A stretch of DNA of 20,370 nucleotides from Candidatus Eiseniibacteriota bacterium (GTDB lineage Bacteria; Eisenbacteria; RBG-16-71-46), in the NCBI GenBank assembly GCA_031370785.1, contig JANMQY010000101.1, positions 1 through 20,370 on the forward strand, given 5' to 3'. The position numbers were made by a program, and so were the translations under genes. Of this stretch, positions 15,538 to 20,370 are shown piece after piece. Each line of letters begins with the position of its first letter. The first letter of the stretch is position 1. Below the pieces are notes generated by a model. That model did not search any database, was not told the origin of the DNA, and was given only the letters and a program-made list of their open reading frames with translations.

Positions 15538-16589
15538 TTCTTGTCCCCCAGTCGGCGCAAGGCGAGCCCGACGCCGACCGTCAGAAGAGGCGCCACCTTC
15601 ATGACGTCCTGTCCGGCGAAGAGCGCCGGGTCGTAGCTGATGCGGGCCAGAGGGTTCGCAATCTCGGCCGGAACGCCGAAACGACGGTTGAGGAATTCCG
15701 ACACGCCCGGTGTCATCGAAGCGCCGCCACACAGCATGATGCGCGTCACCGGTCCGGCTTCGCCGGCGGTGCGCAGGTAGGCCTGCGCCCGCTCCAGCGC
15801 CGTCGCCAGACCTTCGCAGGCCTGCTCGATCACCGGAACGACGTCGAGCCCGGCGCCGGACTCACCGCGAACGGCTGCGGCGGCCTCGCCCTGGCTCAGG
15901 TTGAACTTGCGCTGGGCACCCTCGATGAACGAGTTGCCACCGACCTGCAGGTCCTTGGTGAAGTACGGAACACCCGCCTGCGTGATGTTGATGTTCGTGA
16001 TCTCGGCCCCGATGTTGAGGATCGCGATCACATCCTCGGGGCTGAAGTCGTAGTTGGCCGCCAGCGCGTTCTGCGCGGCGAACGAATCCACGTCGACGAT
16101 CAACGGCTGAAGGCCGGCCTCGCGGATCAGGTCGCTGAAGGACATGACCATGTCCTTCTTGGCCGCGACCAGCAGAACCTGCATCTGCTTGGGGTCGTTC
16201 GGCGCGGCGCCCAGGATCTCGAAGTCGAGCGACACGTCGTTGATGTCGTAGGGGACGTGCTGCTCGGCTTCCCAGTACACGGCCTGCTGTGCGTCCTCGG
16301 CCGAGAGCTTGTTCATCGTGATCTTCTTCACGATCACTGCGCGACCGCTGACCGCAGCCACGACGTTCTTCGAGCGGATCCCGCGCGACTCGAGCAGATT
16401 CGAGATCGCGTCGGTCACGAGCTGACGATCCATGATTTCGCCGTCGACGATCGCTTCGGCGAGCGGAGCGGAGATACCCCAGTTCACGAGCTTGAAGCTC
16501 TTGTTCGACTGGGATTCGAGCTCGACCGCCTTGATCGCGTGGCTTCCGATGTCCAGCCCCACGAGGGACTGCTTCTTCCCGAAGAGCAT
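15534..16589 (-). CDS. pilM: Type IV pilus assembly protein PilM (actin-like)
   Basis: VGLDIGSHAIKAVEL, AVIVKKI, EAEQHVPY, VLLVAAKK, LNIGA, LCGGAS, ANP and VGLALR. Confidence 0.96.
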   Translation of the reverse strand: MLFGKKQSLVGLDIGSHAIKAVELESQSNKSFKLVNWGISAPLAEAIVDGEIMDRQLVTDAISNLLESRGIRSKNVVAAVSGRAVIVKKITMNKLSAEDAQQAVYWEAEQHVPYDINDVSLDFEILGAAPNDPKQMQVLLVAAKKDMVMSFSDLIREAGLQPLIVDVDSFAAQNALAANYDFSPEDVIAILNIGAEITNINITQAGVPYFTKDLQVGGNSFIEGAQRKFNLSQGEAAAAVRGESGAGLDVVPVIEQACEGLATALERAQAYLRTAGEAGPVTRIMLCGGASMTPGVSEFLNRRFGVPAEIANPLARISYDPALFAGQDVMKVAPLLTVGVGLALRRLGDKK

Positions 16590-16715
16590 CTCTTCACTCC
16601 CTGAGAGCGCTCACGGCTTGCACCGGTTCGCTCGGCTGGACCGCTCGCCTGGACCGGCGCACGCGGTGTGTAGGTCTATTCGATCTGGGGCCGTGTCCTT
16701 CGGCCTGCCGTCCCA

Positions 16716-16752
16716 TGCATCGGACGTTGCCAAACTCGACTTGAGTGCCAAA
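16716..16752 (-). promoter_or_regulatory. Tandem imperfect sigma54-like (-24) boxes upstream of pilM
   Basis: Minus strand TTTGGCACtcaagTCGAg TTTGGCAacgtccgATGCA. The first copy is GG-N10-GA and the second is GG-N11-GC; neither is fully canonical. Confidence 0.3.
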
Positions 16753-16802
16753 TGCAGTTGAACCGTGCAGGGGGCCGGAATCCGGGTCCTGGGTTCGATG
16801 AC

Positions 16803-17567
16803 TCACTTGAGCAGGACCACCGGAGTGGGCAGTTTCCGCACCGCCATCTCCCGGCGTCCGGTCTCGAGCGCCCGGCGGATCTTCTCCATCTCCTTCTGGG
16901 CGATTTCGCGCAGGTAGTGATTCTGGGAATGGTTGCGAACGTCCTCCCACAGCGAGTAGGCCACGACCAGGTCGCCCGAGTGCTGCCGGGCATAAGCCGC
17001 GAAGCGGGCTGCCTGGGGCGGCGCGCCGGGAAGTCGTGCCGCCTGCTGGAAATACTCGGCGGCACGACGCAGCTGGCGGCCGCCGGGCTGCACGTAGTAG
17101 AGGAAGCCCAGCTGAAAGGCGAGTCGCGCGCTACCCGGGTTGGCGGCGATCCCCTTGAGCATCAGACGCTCGGCGCGCGGGAAGTCCCTTCCCTCCTGTG
17201 CGAGCGCGAAGGCTCCGAACTCGTACGCGGCCTCGAAGCGCGGCGCGAGCGAGGTGAGGATGTCGAAGACGTGCCCCATGCGGGCGAACTGGTTGTCGGC
17301 CAGGCGATGCTCGCCGTAGTACTGGATCGCACGCAGCCAGGCGAGGTCGGCCGCGGTTTCGGCGTGGCCGAGAGTCGCGGGCTCGAGGTGAGCTCCGGAT
17401 GGGTAGTAGGAAAGTTCTTCGAGCGGGCGGGGCGGAGGCAGCGCACGCGCCGCGTAGCCGGCGAGGCCGCATGCCGCCGCGCCGAGCACCAATCCCATCG
17501 CCCAGGCGATCGCCATGCGCTCGCGAACGCCCAGCGCCCGCGCTCGCGCCCGGGCGGCGACGCTCAT
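16803..17567 (-). CDS. Membrane-anchored TPR-like protein, Myxococcus PilG / Geobacter XapA-like
   Basis: ATG 17567 overlaps the permease stop. N-terminal [43 protein letters not shown] and [15 protein letters not shown] helical repeats. Context next to the pilus-associated ABC genes. Confidence 0.7.
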   Translation of the reverse strand: MSVAARARARALGVRERMAIAWAMGLVLGAAACGLAGYAARALPPPRPLEELSYYPSGAHLEPATLGHAETAADLAWLRAIQYYGEHRLADNQFARMGHVFDILTSLAPRFEAAYEFGAFALAQEGRDFPRAERLMLKGIAANPGSARLAFQLGFLYYVQPGGRQLRRAAEYFQQAARLPGAPPQAARFAAYARQHSGDLVVAYSLWEDVRNHSQNHYLREIAQKEMEKIRRALETGRREMAVRKLPTPVVLLK

Positions 17568-18328
17568 TTGAAGTCTCTCGACTCGAACGCGGCGCTCGCC
17601 AGGCACAGCACGCACGCCACGTACACCGCGGCGTACGCGGTCGCGACCGCGAGATGCCACGGCGTGGTCAGCTCTCCGGCGGCGGCAAGGGTGCGCATGT
17701 TGAAGAGCGGCAGATTCGGCGCGAGGTTGGCCGCGGTTCCGAGCAGCGTCGAGAGCGGCGCCGGAACGTGTCCTGCGAAGCTGCGCAGATCGTAGCTCCA
17801 CTGCCCGACCAGATAGAGGCCGAGCGTGTAGAGCGCGGAGAGCACCGGCGTGGACAGCGACGAGAACAGCACGGCACACGCGGTCACGACCGAGAGTTCC
17901 AGTCCGGCCAGATACGTCGCCTGAAGGATGGAAGCGGTGTGATCGGCATTGCCGCGCGAGAGCAGCACCAGCCACAGCCCCGCCCCAAGCCCCGCAGTCA
18001 CGACCCACAGCGCGCCGGCGAGTCCCGCCCACTTGCCCACCAGATAGGCGGGGCGGGTGATGGGCCGCGACAGCAGGTTGAAGATGGTGCGTCGATCGAT
18101 TTCCTTGGCGACGAGACTCGAGCCCACCAGCAGCACCACCAACAGGCCGAGCATCGAGATCGCGCTCAGGCCCAGATCGATGGTGAGGCGGAGTCCCTCG
18201 CCGAGCGCGAGCGGGCTCATCACCTGGGTGGCGATCAGGATCACCAGCCCCGCAATCATCACCCCGCTCAGCATCCGGTCGCGAGTCGCTTCGCGGAACG
18301 TGTTCTGCGCGATCAGGCCGGCGTTCAC
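17564..18328 (-). CDS. ABC-2-type permease, PilI-like
   Basis: GTG 18328 (GTGA overlap). [39 protein letters not shown], about six hydrophobic segments, C-terminal FESRDFK. Confidence 0.88.
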   Translation of the reverse strand: MNAGLIAQNTFREATRDRMLSGVMIAGLVILIATQVMSPLALGEGLRLTIDLGLSAISMLGLLVVLLVGSSLVAKEIDRRTIFNLLSRPITRPAYLVGKWAGLAGALWVVTAGLGAGLWLVLLSRGNADHTASILQATYLAGLELSVVTACAVLFSSLSTPVLSALYTLGLYLVGQWSYDLRSFAGHVPAPLSTLLGTAANLAPNLPLFNMRTLAAAGELTTPWHLAVATAYAAVYVACVLCLASAAFESRDFK

Positions 18329-19344
18329 GCGCTCCTCCGCTCCTCGGAGCTTTCGGCGGCGCTCAGGAACAGCTCCTCGAGGCTCGCGCGCTGCGGCGAG
18401 ACCGCACGCACCCGCACTCCGGAGCGGAGCAGCCAGGCCAGCACGTCGTTGAGCAGATGCTCCTGCTCGACCACGAACACCGTGTCGCTGCCGTGCTCGC
18501 GCCGGGTCACGGTCGTGCTCCACGCCGGCGGAATCTCGATGACCGTGACGCCGCTGCACTGCACTTCGACGCGCTGGCGACCGTCGTGCACCAGCTCGCC
18601 GACGTCGGCGATGCGGCTGAGCCTGCCGTCGAGCACGATCGCGACCCGATCGCACAGCATTTCCACGTCGGGAAGGATGTGCGAGGAGAACATCACGGTG
18701 ACGCCGCGCTCATGCTGCTCCAGGATCAGCTCGCGGACGTCGCGGCGGCCGAGCGGATCGAGCCCGCTCATCGGCTCATCGAGGATCAGCAGCTCGGGGT
18801 CGTGCACCAGCGCGGAGGCGAGGCCCAGACGCTGCAACATGCCCTTGGAGTACTTGCGCAGATTCAGATCGGGGCGCTCGCCCAGGCCCACGCGGCCGAG
18901 CCAGTGACGAGCAAGCGTGTCCGCCTCGTGCGACGCGAGCCCGGACAGCTGGCCTGCCATCTTCAGGTACTCGCGTCCGTTCAGGTAGTCGTAGAAATAT
19001 GGCTGCTCGGGCAGGAAGCCCAGACGGCGGCGGCTCTCGGGGCTCGCGATCGGAATGCCCATCAGCCAGGCTTCGCCGCGAGTGGGCTTGAGCAGGCCGG
19101 TGAGCAGCTTGAGCGTGGTGGTCTTCCCCGCTCCGTTCGGGCCGAGATAACCGAGCACCGCGCCACGCGCGACCTCGAGGTTCAGGTCTTCGAGCCCGCG
19201 GGTGACTTTCAGCGTCCAGGGACTGCGATAGAACTTGGAGAGGCCCCGGGCCGAGATCGCCAGGTCCCGGTTCGAGTCGGACGCGGTCCCAGCGGGGCGA
19301 TCAATCCCGTGCCGCTCCGCACTGCGAACGCCTGGACTCTGCAC
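18325..19344 (-). CDS. ABC transporter ATP-binding protein, PilH-like
   Basis: Walker [22 protein letters not shown], signature YSKGM, Walker [15 protein letters not shown]-loop SSH. GTG start with GGAGGG SD. Confidence 0.93.
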   Translation of the reverse strand: MQSPGVRSAERHGIDRPAGTASDSNRDLAISARGLSKFYRSPWTLKVTRGLEDLNLEVARGAVLGYLGPNGAGKTTTLKLLTGLLKPTRGEAWLMGIPIASPESRRRLGFLPEQPYFYDYLNGREYLKMAGQLSGLASHEADTLARHWLGRVGLGERPDLNLRKYSKGMLQRLGLASALVHDPELLILDEPMSGLDPLGRRDVRELILEQHERGVTVMFSSHILPDVEMLCDRVAIVLDGRLSRIADVGELVHDGRQRVEVQCSGVTVIEIPPAWSTTVTRREHGSDTVFVVEQEHLLNDVLAWLLRSGVRVRAVSPQRASLEELFLSAAESSEERRSA

Positions 19345-19445
19345 GGCTTCCCTCCGGCTTGCGTGGGCAGGCCTCTGCTAAGTGCTTGAGGCGCCGCACG
19401 AACGCATCAGAATCGATTGGGGTGTGGAACCAGGCGATTGCGGAA

Positions 19446-19461
19446 TGCAACGACTATGCCG
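19446..19461 (-). promoter_or_regulatory. Putative sigma54 (-24/-12) promoter for the ABC ATPase-permease-TPR genes
   Basis: Minus strand CGGCATagtcgTTGCA: GG-N10-GC spacing with a consensus TTGCA. Confidence 0.6.
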
Positions 19462-19502
19462 CCTGGGTCCGCTCGCAGCTGAGGCGCGCCTAGGAGGCGC
19501 GG

Positions 19503-19940
19503 TTACTGGCCGGTCGTGAGAACGAGGGTCAGGGTGTCGCCGAGCGGGCCGTTGCCCTTGAGATAGTAGAGATTGTCCGTCACCGGATTGAACGCCATCT
19601 CGCCCGGATTGCCCAAAGAGGGATTCGCGTTCCAGTTCACCACCGACGGCAGCTTGGTGAACGGATTGACCGGGAAGACCCCGCCCGGGCACATCTGGGC
19701 GAGAGTGCGGCCGTCCTGTGTCGTCGAACCCGCAGCCGTGGCGTAGATGCCGTTGTTGAGAATCGAGAAGTCTTCCATGACCAGCTGCAGCGTGTGCATG
19801 TTCGCCTTCACCCTCGACTCCTGGGCGCGGCGCTGGAGCGAGATGAAGTTCGGAATCGCAATGGACGCGAGGATGCCGACGATCAATACCACGATCATGA
19901 GCTCGATGAGCGTGAATCCGCTGGATGTGCGAGCGTGCAT
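19503..19940 (-). CDS. Type IVa prepilin (N-terminal methylation motif)
   Basis: MHARTSSG|FTLIELMIVVLIVGILASIAIPNF with G-1, F1, E5 and P22; 145 aa. GAGG SD before ATG 19940. Confidence 0.93.
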   Translation of the reverse strand: MHARTSSGFTLIELMIVVLIVGILASIAIPNFISLQRRAQESRVKANMHTLQLVMEDFSILNNGIYATAAGSTTQDGRTLAQMCPGGVFPVNPFTKLPSVVNWNANPSLGNPGEMAFNPVTDNLYYLKGNGPLGDTLTLVLTTGQ

Positions 19941-19984
19941 CGTCTGCCTCGAGTTCTGGTGAGATTCGTACCCATTCCATCTAT

Positions 19985-20000
19985 TGCAGCGCACGTGCCA
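19985..20000 (-). promoter_or_regulatory. Putative sigma54 (-24/-12) promoter for the pilin gene
   Basis: Minus strand TGGCACGtgcgCTGCA, close to the TGGCACG-N4-TTGCW consensus, 45 nt upstream of the pilin ATG. Confidence 0.75.
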
Positions 20001-20220
20001 CTCGGTCCCGGATGCGGAACAATCGCCAAGTCGATGAGGCTGCACGGTCTGCGCGGAATCAGCGGATTCGACCCGTCGGGAGACGCCTTGCGGGCTGCAT
20101 GATGCCTGGTCGGCCGCCATGCGAACCGCGACGACCCTCGTCCAGTTGAGCCAGCGCACCCGGACCCAGGGCTCGAGCGCCAGGCGGTGTGCAGCAATCC
20201 CAGGCTCGCCATTCCCGCAC

Positions 20221-20259
20221 GGAAACAGGACGAGGGCGGGATTGCTCCCGCCCTCGTCC
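20221..20259 (-). terminator. Intrinsic terminator after the upstream pilin
   Basis: Perfect 14-bp stem 20228-20241 / 20246-20259, GCAA tetraloop on the minus strand, followed by TGTTTCC. Confidence 0.85.
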
Positions 20260-20282
20260 AGGTAGTTTCCTTCAGATCCGGA

Positions 20283-20370
20283 TTACTGACCGGCCGTCAG
20301 GACCAGCGTCAGCGCCGCGGTCTTGCCAACGCCGCGGATGTTGTAGTTGGTGCCCGACGAATCGGCGTAG
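20283..20370 (-). CDS. 3' end of a second, paralogous type IV pilin (5' part outside the window)
   Basis: Reads ...YADSSGTNYNIRGVGKTAALTLVLTAGQ* (TAA 20283-20285), paralleling the C-terminus ...NLYYLKGNGPLGDTLTLVLTTGQ* of the pilin at 19503-19940. Not in the ORF track. Confidence 0.75.
   Translation of the reverse strand, partial: YADSSGTNYNIRGVGKTAALTLVLTAGQ

Noticed and set aside
16594..16950. Small ORFs across the TPR gene-pilM intergenic region
   Set aside because: They overlap the TPR gene out of frame and have no recognisable motifs. The region is better explained as promoter/5' UTR.
212..18907. Many long plus-strand ORFs (e.g. 212-2392, 2687-4033, 5230-7665, 9857-11422, 17399-18907)
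   Set aside because: They are antisense shadows of well-supported minus-strand genes. They are Arg/Ala/Ser/Pro-rich with no family motifs, as expected at high GC.
19485..19501. 7-bp hairpin right after the pilin stop as a terminator
   Set aside because: Short stem, 3-nt loop and no U tract. At most a pause or stability element.
19503..19940. Electrically conductive (e-pilin) candidate, given the Geobacter-like neighbourhood
   Set aside because: The mature pilin is 137 aa with only about 11 aromatic residues including His, and it lacks several aromatic positions of short Geobacter pilins (e.g. L27, Q32). No cytochrome genes are in the window.
19941..20159. Long N-terminal leader on the pilin (ORF track start 20159)
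   Set aside because: ATG 19940 has an SD and gives a typical 8-residue T4a leader. The extension would run through the predicted sigma54 promoter.

Overview
GC-rich bacterial chromosomal window from a diderm organism (lipid A acyltransferase, secretin and Lol-fold proteins are present). There is no mobile element, RNA gene or CRISPR array. Apart from the 3' end of a GH57 branching-enzyme gene on + (1-639), all genes are on the minus strand. In transcription order (right to left): two tandem type IV pilins, an ABC ATPase / permease / TPR trio resembling Myxococcus PilH-PilI-PilG, pilMNOPQ, aroK, a lipoprotein plus LolA-like pair, rsmD, coaD, pta, an FmdB zinc-ribbon protein, an aconitase-fold protein, an isocitrate dehydrogenase-family enzyme, obgE, a HEAT-repeat protein, dprA, an LpxL-family acyltransferase and an internally deleted thioesterase. 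The most striking observation is that the 622-aa aconitase homologue is full length and uninterrupted but has lost all three [4Fe-4S] cysteines and almost every catalytic or substrate-binding residue. It looks like a pseudo-aconitase sitting directly upstream of an intact IDH-family gene. Other points: sigma54-type promoters in the pilus locus, leaderless sigma70-type promoters for aroK and rsmD, a non-lipidated repeat-linker PilP paired with an AMIN-less PilQ, and a possible LolB-like/LolA-like pair. All family calls come from motifs recalled by eye; no database search was run.
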